Numbered from the stretch's first letter, positions 1-9,180 are shown. The stretch: 64,000 bases of DNA from Roseiarcus sp. (GCA_050012775.1 JBEKGN010000028.1:559-64558); one strand, 5' to 3'. Translations and numbers: made by a program. Notes: a model not told the origin generated them from the sequence alone.

Positions 1-1
1 G

Positions 2-2977
2 GGATTTGCCGAATACGACGACGCCATGACGGTGCGCCCTGTCGCCTGGGCCGGATTCGATGACGGATATATCGAACAGGCCAGGATCACCTGGGCCGAC
101 ACGGAACGGGGACGCGGCCCCATCGGAACCGCCCTTCGCACTGGCGAGAGCGTCTGCATCCAAGACTACGCTAGGGATCCCCTAGCCGCCCCGTGGCGCG
201 CCGACGCTCTGCGGCGAGGCTATCGCTCGGGCATCGCCCTTCCGCTCAAAGACGAAAGCGCGATCGCATTCGGGACTCTCAACATTTATTCCACAGAGCC
301 CAATGCTTTCACCTCGGAGGAAATCCGCCTCCTCAAGGAGTTGTCCGGCGATTTGGCGTTCGGCGTCATGGTGCTGCGCGCTCGCGCCGAACGTAAACGC
401 ATAGACCGGCAGCTTCAGGCCAATCTGCATTTCTTCGAGTGCATGGATCGGGTCAATCTGGCGATACAAGAGGCGCACGATCTCGAGCAGATGATGAGCC
501 AAGTCCTCGGCGCGACGCTTTCGATCTTCGGATGCGACCGAGCGGCGCTCATGCATCCCTGCGATCCCAAGGCTGCGTCGGCGCAAGCGCCGATGGAGCG
601 CACCCGCCCCGAATATCCCGGCGCCTTCGCCCAAGGGCTTGATTTTCCAATGAATCCGGAAGTCCTCGGCGTGGTCACGGCCGTTCTGGCTTCGCGCGGT
701 CCTGTGTCCTTTGATCCGGCGTCCGAGCGCGCGGCGCCCGACGGGCTGGCGGCGGAATTCGGCGTTCAGTCCATGCTTTGCATGGCCATCTACCCCAAAG
801 CGGGTAAGGCCTACATGTTCGTGTTGCATCAGTGTTCTCACCCGAGGATTTGGACCGAGGAAGACAAGAAGCTGTTCCAGGAAATCGGCAGGCGCCTTGC
901 CGACGGTCTGACCGGCCTTACCGTGTATCGCGACCTTCGCGACCGCGAGGGACAACTGCGCACCTTGGTGCAGACCATTCCCGATCTCGTCTGGCTGAAG
1001 GACGCCAACGGCGTCTACCTGCGCTGCAATCCGCAATTTGAGCGCCTCGTCGGCGCTGCCGAGAGAGAAATCGTCGGCAAGACGGCTTATGATTTCCTCG
1101 ACAAGGATCTTGCTGAAATCATCAGCGAGAACGATCGCCAGGCAACGGCGGCTGGCAAACCCCAAGCCGACGAGCAATTGCTGACCTTCGCCGCGGACGG
1201 TTACCGCGGCCTGTTCGAGGCGATCAAGACGCCGATGCGCGACCAGGCGGGCAGGCCTATCGGCATTCTCGGCATCGCCCGGGACATTACGGAACGCCGC
1301 AAGGCCGAAGAGCAACTTCGCATCGCCGCCACCGCTTTCGAGGCGCAGGAAGGAATCCTCATCCTCGATGCCGACACGGCGATCCTGCGGGTCAACCGGG
1401 CCTATACCGAAATCACCGGCCGTACGAGCGAAGACGTCATGGGGAAAACGGCGCGCGAGCTGCTGCCGGAGCATGACGCCGCCTTTTACCAGGCGATGCG
1501 GGATCGCATCGCCCGCGAGGGATCCTGGCATGGAGAAATCTGGAGCCGGCGCAAAGGCGGCGAGATTTTTCCCGCATGGCTCATCGTCACGACGGTCAGG
1601 GGCGGCCGTGGCGAGACCACCCACTACGTCGCCACGCTGATCGACATCACCGAGCGCAAAGCGGCCGAAAAGCAGATCGAGCATCTCGCCTACTATGATC
1701 CTCTGACCCAGCTGCCCAACCGTCGTCTGTTCCTGGACCGTCTGCAGCAGGCGCTGGCGGGCTGCGGCCGTAGCGGGCGAAAAGGGGCGCTCCTGTTCAT
1801 CGATCTCGACAACTTCAAGATCCTCAACGAGACCAGCGGCCACGACGTGGGCGACCAACTGCTGGTCGAGGTCGCCCGGCGGCTCGCCGCCTGCGTAGGC
1901 GCCGGGGACACCGTCGCCCGCCTCGGCGGCGACGAGTTCGTCGTCTTGCTCGAAGACCTGAACGAGAACGCCCGGGAGGCCGCCGCGCAGACCAAGGACG
2001 TCGGGGAACGGATTTTGTCCGAGCTCAACCGGCCCTACACGATCGCCGGGCGCGTGCATCACAGCACCCCGAGCATCGGCGTCACGCTGTTCATCGACGC
2101 CGTGGATTCGTTGGATGAATTGCTCAAGCAGGCCGATATTGCGATGTACCAGGCGAAGTCGGCCGGGCGCAATACGCTGCGCTTTTTCGACCCGGAGATG
2201 CAAGGCGCGCTCGCCGCCCGGACGGTTCTGGAGGCCGCGCTGCGGCTCGGCATCCACGATCGCCAGTTCGTTCTGCACTATCAGCCGCAGGTTGACGGCG
2301 CCGGGGGCTTCATCGGCGCCGAGGCGCTGCTGCGTTGGCGGCATCCCGAGCGCGGCCTGGTGCCGCCGGGCGAGTTCGTACCTCTGGCCGAGGAAACCGG
2401 ACTGATCCTGCCGATTGGCCAGTGGGTGCTGGAAGCGGCCTGTTCACGGCTCAAGGCCTGGGCGGGCGACCCGCGCACCCGCGAATTGCACCTGTCCGTC
2501 AACGTCAGCGCCCGCCAGTTCCGGCAAGCCGATTTTGTCGATCAGGTGCGCAACGCGCTCGAACAGGCCGGCGCCCCCGCCACGAAGCTGAAACTCGAAT
2601 TGACGGAAAGCCTGGTCATCGACGACATCGAGGGCGCCATCGAGAAAATGCGGACGCTCAAACGGCTCGGCGTGGGCTTTTCCATGGACGACTTCGGCAC
2701 CGGCTATTCGTCCTTGGCGTATCTCACGAGGCTGCCGCTGGACCAGCTCAAGATCGATCGGTCCTTCGTGCGCAACCTGCCCGACAGCGCCAACGACGCG
2801 GCGGTCGCGCAGACCATCATCACCCTGGCCAACAGCCTGGGGCTGACCGTCATCGCCGAGGGCGTGGAAACCGAGGCCCAGCGGCAGTTCCTCGAGCGCC
2901 ACGGTTGCCCGACCTACCAAGGTTACCTGTGCAGCCCACCCGTCGACATCGCGCGCTTCGAGCGGCTGCTGAACTGA
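2..2977 (+). CDS. GAF-PAS-PAS-GGDEF-EAL c-di-GMP signalling protein (probably 5'-partial at window edge)
   Basis: ORF 26..2977 stays open in frame back to nt 2. GAF-like N-terminus and two PAS-like blocks, each followed by a DITER(R)K coiled linker. Intact RLGGDEFVV (GGDEF) and EALLRWRHP / DDFGTGYSSL / QGY (EAL) blocks. Confidence 0.9.
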   Translation, partial: GFAEYDDAMTVRPVAWAGFDDGYIEQARITWADTERGRGPIGTALRTGESVCIQDYARDPLAAPWRADALRRGYRSGIALPLKDESAIAFGTLNIYSTEPNAFTSEEIRLLKELSGDLAFGVMVLRARAERKRIDRQLQANLHFFECMDRVNLAIQEAHDLEQMMSQVLGATLSIFGCDRAALMHPCDPKAASAQAPMERTRPEYPGAFAQGLDFPMNPEVLGVVTAVLASRGPVSFDPASERAAPDGLAAEFGVQSMLCMAIYPKAGKAYMFVLHQCSHPRIWTEEDKKLFQEIGRRLADGLTGLTVYRDLRDREGQLRTLVQTIPDLVWLKDANGVYLRCNPQFERLVGAAEREIVGKTAYDFLDKDLAEIISENDRQATAAGKPQADEQLLTFAADGYRGLFEAIKTPMRDQAGRPIGILGIARDITERRKAEEQLRIAATAFEAQEGILILDADTAILRVNRAYTEITGRTSEDVMGKTARELLPEHDAAFYQAMRDRIAREGSWHGEIWSRRKGGEIFPAWLIVTTVRGGRGETTHYVATLIDITERKAAEKQIEHLAYYDPLTQLPNRRLFLDRLQQALAGCGRSGRKGALLFIDLDNFKILNETSGHDVGDQLLVEVARRLAACVGAGDTVARLGGDEFVVLLEDLNENAREAAAQTKDVGERILSELNRPYTIAGRVHHSTPSIGVTLFIDAVDSLDELLKQADIAMYQAKSAGRNTLRFFDPEMQGALAARTVLEAALRLGIHDRQFVLHYQPQVDGAGGFIGAEALLRWRHPERGLVPPGEFVPLAEETGLILPIGQWVLEAACSRLKAWAGDPRTRELHLSVNVSARQFRQADFVDQVRNALEQAGAPATKLKLELTESLVIDDIEGAIEKMRTLKRLGVGFSMDDFGTGYSSLAYLTRLPLDQLKIDRSFVRNLPDSANDAAVAQTIITLANSLGLTVIAEGVETEAQRQFLERHGCPTYQGYLCSPPVDIARFERLLN

Positions 2978-3291
2978 AATTTCCACGCGCGTTCGCGAAG
3001 TCGGATTGAACGGCCCGCATTTGCCTCTCCGCATTCGGCGTCGCCAAGACAGCGGCAATCGAGCGCGGGCGTCGAGCATTGCCAAAGTCGGGCGCCGACG
3101 GCGCTCTCCCGTGCGCCGAAGCCGCCGTCGCGGCGCGTCGGGAGAATAGAACCCGAGGCGGATCGCGGCCGCGACAAGCGCGGCGAACCGGCGTCGCACT
3201 TCCGGCGTGGCGACCGCGCCTGGTTCGGCGAGGCCTGCCACAGGCGCAATCGGCCGAGGGAATGGTGGGCGACGCCCCCCGGCCAGCCCCA

Positions 3292-6033
3292 TTAAACGTG
3301 GGCGGGCTCTTTCTCCCTCTCCTCGCAACACTCTCGACGATTGTCTGCGCCGCATTCCTCACAGTGGCATTTCGATCTCTCCTCGCAGCATGGCGTGCAA
3401 GGCTTGCGGCAGCATTCGCAGACCGGGTAGGCGAGGACTTCGACGCACGTCACCGGCGCCTGCGGATCGTTGCTATGGATCACCAGTTCGCACGCCCGTC
3501 CCACTTTCTCGACCGCGTGGTACTCGATGACGATGTTCAGGCACGAACCCGCACGCAGAGTCGCCGGGAACGGGTTATTGATCAGGCGGAACCCGCGGCC
3601 CGCATGCTGTAGCGCAACGTCGCTAATCTGCAGCTCGCAAGCGCCGGTGTTGCACAACGTCACAGCGCGCTGCTCGCGCGAGCAACACTTCACGCCGCCG
3701 AACAGTCCCGAACCTGTGACGGTCAGCTTGCCGGCCGGCGCATCGCCGCTGACGTCGATGACGTGCGGTCCGGCCGGATCGTTGCTATCCACCGTCAGTT
3801 TGGCCGATTTGGCGCCGAGGCTGGTCGGCGCGAACCGGATCGGCAGCGCCAGCGCGGCGCCCGGCGCGATGGACAGCGGGTAGGACAGCGCCTCCGGAGC
3901 CTCGAACTCGCCCGAGGACGACGAAATGCCCGTCACGGACAAGACGCATTTGCCGCTGTTGCTCAGTGTCAGCGGTCTGTCGACGAAGGCGCCGACGCAG
4001 GCTGGACCGAAATCGCCCTTGTCGGCGATCGCCAGGGCCAGCCTGGGCGTCGCCGCTTCGCCGGAAACCGCGACGCTGTGCGGACTGGAGGCGTCATTGC
4101 TGACGATCTCGACGACGCCCGATTTCGCCCCGGCGCTGACGGGCTGGAAGCGTACGGTCACGTCGATGGAGCCGCCGACGCTCACCAGCAGCGGATAGGC
4201 GCTGACGTCGGGCACAAGAAAATCGCCCGAGGAAGAGGTGATGGCGGAAATCGCCAGAAGTCCGAAGCCCGTATTGTTGATCGTCAGTGTGAGGTCGCAG
4301 AACGACGAAAGACAGCTCTCGCCGAATTTCCCGCCGCTGGCGATAGCGGTCGCGACGATCGGCCACGACGCCAGCGCCGCGAGCAGCCGAACGCCCCGGA
4401 TGCTGCCCCATCCGGTGCAGGCGTCCCAGCCTTTGACGGCCAAATAGCCGGGCGTGGTGATCTTTGTCGGCGGGCTCGGCGGCGGCAGCGTGAACGTGTA
4501 GGCGTTGCTGCCATCGTCGTCGATGTCGTGGAAAATGTCGAAGCCCGGCGTTTTCCCCAGTTCGTAGAGCGTCGGGTTGAGATAGCCGAGATTGTAACCG
4601 AGCGTCGCGTTCAGCACGGCGACCAGGCCGGCGTAGAACGGCGACGATTCGCTGGTGCCCCACCACGACCCTGCGTTCTTGCCGTAGAGGTAGATCGTGT
4701 AGCCGTTGGCGTAACCGGCGATGTCGGGAATGCCGCGGCCGCGCGTCTTCCCATCGTTGATCGAGGGCGGAACGCCGGCGCCCGCCTGCCAGCTCGGCAG
4801 GGGAAACACCAGATGGCCGCCAGAATCCTTGACGGTGCTGATGCCGCCGCTCGTCACGCCGTTGTCGTTCCAGGTGATTTCATCGAAGGCGGAGCCGGAC
4901 ACGTCGCCGATCGTCGTTCCGCCGACCGCTGTGACCCAGGGATCGATGGCGGGCCAGTTCACGTGCGCGCTTCCGTCGGAAATGCCGCCTCGGGAGCCGT
5001 CATCGCCGCTGGCGGCGAATATGGTGACCGATTTCTTCACCGTCGCGAACTTCAGGACGCCGCTCATCGTCTTCAATTGGGCGGCGCTCCAGCCTTCCTC
5101 CGGGCCGCCCCAACTGATGGTGACGACCGAAGGCTTCGGCTGCCCGGCGAGAGGGGTCGCCACCGTTGAGATCGCGGCGATCCAGCCGAGCTCGGTGTAG
5201 GGCGCGAAATACATGGCGATCGTCGCGCCGACGCCGACCGAGCCGGAGACGTCGATATCGAGAATGACCTCGGAGTCGGCGCCCCCGCCCGGCGTATTAG
5301 TCACGCCGAGAATCGAGACGGGCGGTTTGAACATCTTGGGCTTTGGCAACGGCGGATGCAGCGCCGCGTAAAACTCGTCGGCGTCCGTCGCGTCGCCGCT
5401 GGGGTCGGTGAGATAGCCGCCGCCGAACTCGAATATGCCGATCGTCTGATTGGCTATCGCGGCCGGAACGGACGGAAAGCGGTACAATTTGGCGACTTCG
5501 GGCGGGGTCAAAGGGGTGATCGTCACCGAAGACCCGCCGCTGCGAAAGGCCAGCCGACGGCTGTCGAGGCCGAACACCGCTTGGACGACCTCGACCACGC
5601 TGCGCGGCAGGTGAACGGGCCCCTCGTGTCCGTGGTAGGTCTCGCCAGGCGTTTGATACGTCCCGAGCTTGACGCCGAAGGCCTGATTGATCTGCGCGAC
5701 TGTGCCGGAGACTTCGACCATGCGCCGGGGAAGGTTGACGCTGACGATGGCGAGGCCGTTGTCCGTGGCGAAGGCGACGACCTTGTCCACATCCTCCTGC
5801 GAGGCGGCGAAGTCGTCGTCCGACTCACGGCCCCACTCGGAATTGCGCTGTCTGATCGGCGTCTTCGCCCATTGCTCCAGGTCCGGAAGCGGCGGCGCGC
5901 CTTCGCGCGGCCGCAGGATGAGGATGAGCGGCAGAATGTCTTCTGCGCGGGCCTCTCCGACGCGTTTGGCGTCGGCTCCATGGAAGCGCTCGCTGCCTTC
6001 CAAACGCACGGGATTGTCTTTTGCTGGCGGCAT
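3292..6033 (-). CDS. Sedolisin (S53) family peptidase with pro-kumamolisin activation domain, three Ig-like (ASH / choice-of-anchor-D-like) repeats and a Cys-rich C-terminal tail
   Basis: 913-aa ORF with strong SD GGGAGGAG 5 nt before the ATG. Prodomain-like N-terminus. S53 signature blocks DSEVILDIDV, FAASGDDGS, WWGTSESSPFYAGL. Three repeats end SND(A/P)xxPH. The last 44 aa hold 11 Cys. Confidence 0.85.
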   Translation of the reverse strand: MPPAKDNPVRLEGSERFHGADAKRVGEARAEDILPLILILRPREGAPPLPDLEQWAKTPIRQRNSEWGRESDDDFAASQEDVDKVVAFATDNGLAIVSVNLPRRMVEVSGTVAQINQAFGVKLGTYQTPGETYHGHEGPVHLPRSVVEVVQAVFGLDSRRLAFRSGGSSVTITPLTPPEVAKLYRFPSVPAAIANQTIGIFEFGGGYLTDPSGDATDADEFYAALHPPLPKPKMFKPPVSILGVTNTPGGGADSEVILDIDVSGSVGVGATIAMYFAPYTELGWIAAISTVATPLAGQPKPSVVTISWGGPEEGWSAAQLKTMSGVLKFATVKKSVTIFAASGDDGSRGGISDGSAHVNWPAIDPWVTAVGGTTIGDVSGSAFDEITWNDNGVTSGGISTVKDSGGHLVFPLPSWQAGAGVPPSINDGKTRGRGIPDIAGYANGYTIYLYGKNAGSWWGTSESSPFYAGLVAVLNATLGYNLGYLNPTLYELGKTPGFDIFHDIDDDGSNAYTFTLPPPSPPTKITTPGYLAVKGWDACTGWGSIRGVRLLAALASWPIVATAIASGGKFGESCLSSFCDLTLTINNTGFGLLAISAITSSSGDFLVPDVSAYPLLVSVGGSIDVTVRFQPVSAGAKSGVVEIVSNDASSPHSVAVSGEAATPRLALAIADKGDFGPACVGAFVDRPLTLSNSGKCVLSVTGISSSSGEFEAPEALSYPLSIAPGAALALPIRFAPTSLGAKSAKLTVDSNDPAGPHVIDVSGDAPAGKLTVTGSGLFGGVKCCSREQRAVTLCNTGACELQISDVALQHAGRGFRLINNPFPATLRAGSCLNIVIEYHAVEKVGRACELVIHSNDPQAPVTCVEVLAYPVCECCRKPCTPCCEERSKCHCEECGADNRRECCEEREKEPAHV

Positions 6034-6290
6034 TTGCTCCTCCCTTATAATAGAGTGGCGCTCGCCGAAGCGAGATTTTACATAAAATTCTCCGTATTAA
6101 TCAATTCTATATTGTTAGTCTGCGCCACTCCAGGGCCTTTGGCAAGAGATATTCTTGACTCTATTTACATGACGCGCGCGGATTCACGTCTTCATAAAAC
6201 TCGGCGTTACGGCAACGAGGCACGTCTCGCCAACCCCCTAGCCCCGATAAACTGGGCCGGAGCGAGCCGCGCGGCGTTGGCCGGCGCGAC

Positions 6291-6563
6291 CTATCGACCG
6301 GCGTTCGCGGTCGCGAACGCTTTCTCCAGCCAACCTCGGCCGTCGGGCAGGAAGACTTCGCCTCCGGCGGAGCTGACGTAATGGAAGCCGAGCTGATGTT
6401 TCATCGCCAATTGGAACGTGAGATCGCGAGCCGGCTTCGCCTTTGACCACGCGAATGCCGCATAGATCGCCCAACGGCCGACGCAGTAATCGGTGATGTA
6501 GGCGCCGTCCGGCCAGTCCTTGACCGCGAAAGGCCCGTTCATCGCCGGGAATGTTGGGATCAT
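6291..6563 (-). CDS. hypothetical protein (start uncertain)
   Basis: The C-terminal 90 aa of ORF 6291..6782, from internal Met MIPTFPAMNGPF, has protein-like composition. The upstream part of the ORF is Arg/Pro/Gly-rich junk. No family recognised. Confidence 0.35.
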   Translation of the reverse strand: MIPTFPAMNGPFAVKDWPDGAYITDYCVGRWAIYAAFAWSKAKPARDLTFQLAMKHQLGFHYVSSAGGEVFLPDGRGWLEKAFATANAGR

Positions 6564-6710
6564 GTCCAGGAACCACGCGCGAAGAGCAGCGCCGCAACCG
6601 CGGGGTCGTTGTAGGCATGCGGCTCCGAGGGAGAGACGATCGCCCTTGCCCGACTTTGGCAATGCGAAACCCGCGACGCGGAGGCTCTCGAGGCCGCCCG
6701 GTCTCGCCGA

Positions 6711-6753
6711 TTGATGTCCGTCAAGCGGCTCGGGGCGACTTTGTTTATATAAT
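6711..6753 (+). promoter_or_regulatory. FixK/FNR-type class II promoter: box TTGATGTCCGTCAA (6711-6724) plus TATAAT (6748-6753)
   Basis: Exact TTGA-N6-TCAA. A 23-nt gap to a perfect -10 hexamer. 85 nt upstream of the hydrolase ATG. Confidence 0.55.
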
Positions 6754-6838
6754 ATTCTTAATGCGCAAGGCGGCGCGGGCAAGCCGGCGGCGCCCTCGGG
6801 GTGGTCGAGGTCCTATCTAAAAGCTTCGATCGAAATCC

Positions 6839-7582
6839 ATGATGCTTGGCGTCGAAAGGATCGGACGCATGGACATTCTTCCCAATGGTCGGAGCGAGCG
6901 ATTCGCCGCTCGACGCGCGGCGCCATCGCGCGAGGTGAGCATCCCCCCGCTCGACCTTGCGGGAACGCTGAACGTTCCCGTCGGCGCGCGCGCCTTGGTC
7001 GTCTTCGTTCACGGCAGCGGATCGAGCCGCTTCAGCCCGCGCAATCGGGCGGTCGCCGACGCGCTCAACGGACGCGCCATCGCAACCCTGCTCTTCGATC
7101 TGCTGACCGAGGAGGAAGAGGCCAACCGAGCCAACGTTTTCGACATCGCGCTGCTCGCGGAGCGCCTCGCGCAAACCGTCGATTGGATCGATCGAGATTC
7201 GCAGCTGCGGCGGCTTCCGCTTGGCCTTTTCGGGGCGAGCACCGGCGCCGCGGCGGCGCTCGTCGCCGCGGCGCGGCTCAAAGGCCGCATCGGCGCGGTC
7301 GTTTCCCGCGGCGGCAGGCCGGATCTCGCGGGCTCGGCTCTCGATGGGCTCGGGACGCCCACGCTTCTGATCGTCGGCGGCGACGACTTCGGCGTGATCG
7401 AGCTGAACGAGGAGGCGTTGGCGCGGCTCGGAGGGCCCAAGGCGATCGAGATCGTTCCGGGCGCCACGCATCTCTTTCCCGAACCGGGCGCGCTCGAGGC
7501 GGTCACGGCCCATGCGGCGCGATGGTTCGAGGCCTATTTGGCGAACGGCGGCGCGCAACGCCCGCGGGCGCCGGGGCATTAG
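6839..7582 (+). CDS. alpha/beta hydrolase, dienelactone-hydrolase-like
   Basis: 247-aa ORF with VVFVHGSGSSRFSPRN, nucleophile elbow GASTGA and IVPGATHLF. Preceded by a FixK-type box and a TATAAT. Confidence 0.8.
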   Translation: MMLGVERIGRMDILPNGRSERFAARRAAPSREVSIPPLDLAGTLNVPVGARALVVFVHGSGSSRFSPRNRAVADALNGRAIATLLFDLLTEEEEANRANVFDIALLAERLAQTVDWIDRDSQLRRLPLGLFGASTGAAAALVAAARLKGRIGAVVSRGGRPDLAGSALDGLGTPTLLIVGGDDFGVIELNEEALARLGGPKAIEIVPGATHLFPEPGALEAVTAHAARWFEAYLANGGAQRPRAPGH

Positions 7583-8748
7583 CCGCCTGGACGCCCAAGG
7601 GTCCGCCAGGACAAAGCGAACGTCCCCTCGGGCTCGAGGTTCACCCGCGCGCCGAAGCCCGCGCTTTCCCGATCGAGAGTTTTTGCGAGCCATGCGACGT
7701 CCGCGCGCGACGCCGGCTGGAGCTGAAGCCGCTTGATTTGAAGCGGCGTCATTTCGAGCGCCTGGAGATCTCCGCTCGCCGCATCGACATCGACGAAATA
7801 CATCAGCGCGAGATCGCCGCGGAATTCCTCGTAGCCTTCGATGCCTTCGTAGTCGTTGAGGAAGTCGCCGCATCCGTAAAGGATGAGCCGGTTGCGATAG
7901 ACCTCGATGGCTTTCGCATGGTGCGAGGAATGGCCGTGCAGGATCGAAATTCCCGCCTTGTCGATCAGCGCATGAGCGAATTCTCGTTGCTCGTCGGGAA
8001 CTTCATATCCCCAATTGGAGCCCCAATGGATCGAGGCGACGACAACGTCGCGCGGCTGCTTGAATGACGCGAGCTGCGCGGCCGCCCAGGCGGCGCCGCG
8101 CTCAGTAAGATCGGGCAAGAGAGCGACGCCGGGCGCGTCCGCACGCGCGGCCCAGTCCAGCGGGACGCCGCTGGTGTCCGACGCGAAGGAAAAGACCAGT
8201 ACGCGAGCCCCGCCGGGAAGGTCGAGAATCGCCGGCTGGCGCGCCTCACCCGCATTGCGGCCGGCGCCGGCGGTCTTGATGTTCAGTTGCGCCAGCCTGT
8301 CGAGGGTTTCCAGCAGTCCGGCGCGACCCCAATCCAGCACGTGGTTGTTGGCCAGGGCGCAACAATCGATTCCGGCGGCCGAAAGACAGTCGGCGTTCTC
8401 CGGGCTCATGCGATAATTGATGCCCTTGGGGACATGACTGTCGGAGCGGGTGACGCTGGTCTCGAGATTGACGAGGCGAACGTCCGGCCGGCGCCGGCTC
8501 AGTTCGTCGAGGGCGGCGCCCCAGACATAGTTGGGAGGCGCCCGGCGCGCGATGTCGCCGCTCACGGCTTCGGCCAGCCGCACGTAACCGAGCGCCGAGG
8601 CGACCCCGCCCTCGTAAAGCGCGGGATCGCTGGGATGAGCCATGATTTGATCGACGCCGCGCCCCGTCATCACGTCGCCGCAAAGGAAAAGCCTGACGCT
8701 CTTTCGCGGCGGCGGCATTTTCGCTCGACCTCCCCTGGGGCTCGCCAT
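7579..8748 (-). CDS. CapA-family (PGA_cap) metallophosphatase-like protein
   Basis: 389-aa ORF with LFLCGDVMTGRG, ANNHVLDWG and IHWGSNWGYE blocks typical of the CapA family. Its stop overlaps the stop of the convergent hydrolase gene. Confidence 0.85.
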   Translation of the reverse strand: MASPRGGRAKMPPPRKSVRLFLCGDVMTGRGVDQIMAHPSDPALYEGGVASALGYVRLAEAVSGDIARRAPPNYVWGAALDELSRRRPDVRLVNLETSVTRSDSHVPKGINYRMSPENADCLSAAGIDCCALANNHVLDWGRAGLLETLDRLAQLNIKTAGAGRNAGEARQPAILDLPGGARVLVFSFASDTSGVPLDWAARADAPGVALLPDLTERGAAWAAAQLASFKQPRDVVVASIHWGSNWGYEVPDEQREFAHALIDKAGISILHGHSSHHAKAIEVYRNRLILYGCGDFLNDYEGIEGYEEFRGDLALMYFVDVDAASGDLQALEMTPLQIKRLQLQPASRADVAWLAKTLDRESAGFGARVNLEPEGTFALSWRTLGRPGG

Positions 8749-8757
8749 GGCCTCTCC

Positions 8758-9180
8758 TCAGGCCGGCCAGAAGGCGCGCAGTTCCTTCGGAGTGGCGGCT
8801 TTGACGTTCTCGAATTCGGCGGCCGGCAAATGCGCGGCCAGCAGAGCCAAGACCGCATGGCCGACCTCGTCTGCGTCAATGCCGGCGTCGTGATGAACAC
8901 CGTCGCGAATGCGCTCCAAAAAGGCGTCGCGGGTTTTGGCGCCGCGAGGCGCCTTCGTCATGCGCCATCCCTCGTAATAGAGGCCGCGCACGAGGGGCGT
9001 CAGATATTCCGCCAGGAACACCGCCTCTTGCGGCGGCAGGCTGTCGCGCAAGGCGTGAAGGGTCGCGACGAGAGCGAGATAGACCTTGTCGCGTTCGCGC
9101 CAGCCGAGGCGCCGGTCGAGATCGTCGACCCATTGCGCCGCAGCCTGCGCCGCGAGATCGAGCTGAGGAAGAGCGGTCAT
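8758..9180 (-). CDS. DUF2267 domain protein
   Basis: ORF 8758..9258. I prefer the internal start at 9180 (MTALPQLDL...). The LHALRDSLPPQEAVFLAEYLTPLVRGLYYEGW block matches my memory of DUF2267. The stop lies 9 nt from the CapA start, so an operon is likely. Confidence 0.75.
   Translation of the reverse strand: MTALPQLDLAAQAAAQWVDDLDRRLGWRERDKVYLALVATLHALRDSLPPQEAVFLAEYLTPLVRGLYYEGWRMTKAPRGAKTRDAFLERIRDGVHHDAGIDADEVGHAVLALLAAHLPAAEFENVKAATPKELRAFWPA

Noticed and set aside
2978-3291. Several overlapping ORFs of 100-300 aa in the 314-bp gap between the convergent GGDEF-EAL and sedolisin genes.
   Set aside because: All are extensions of frames that run antisense into the neighbouring genes. Their composition is junk-like, with no RBS. 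I treat the gap as non-coding.
6140-6158. A sigma-54-like TGGCA-N-TTGA string upstream of the sedolisin gene.
   Set aside because: It lacks the -12 TTGC element at the correct spacing. It is also oriented on the plus strand, pointing away from the sedolisin gene towards the tail of a minus-strand gene.
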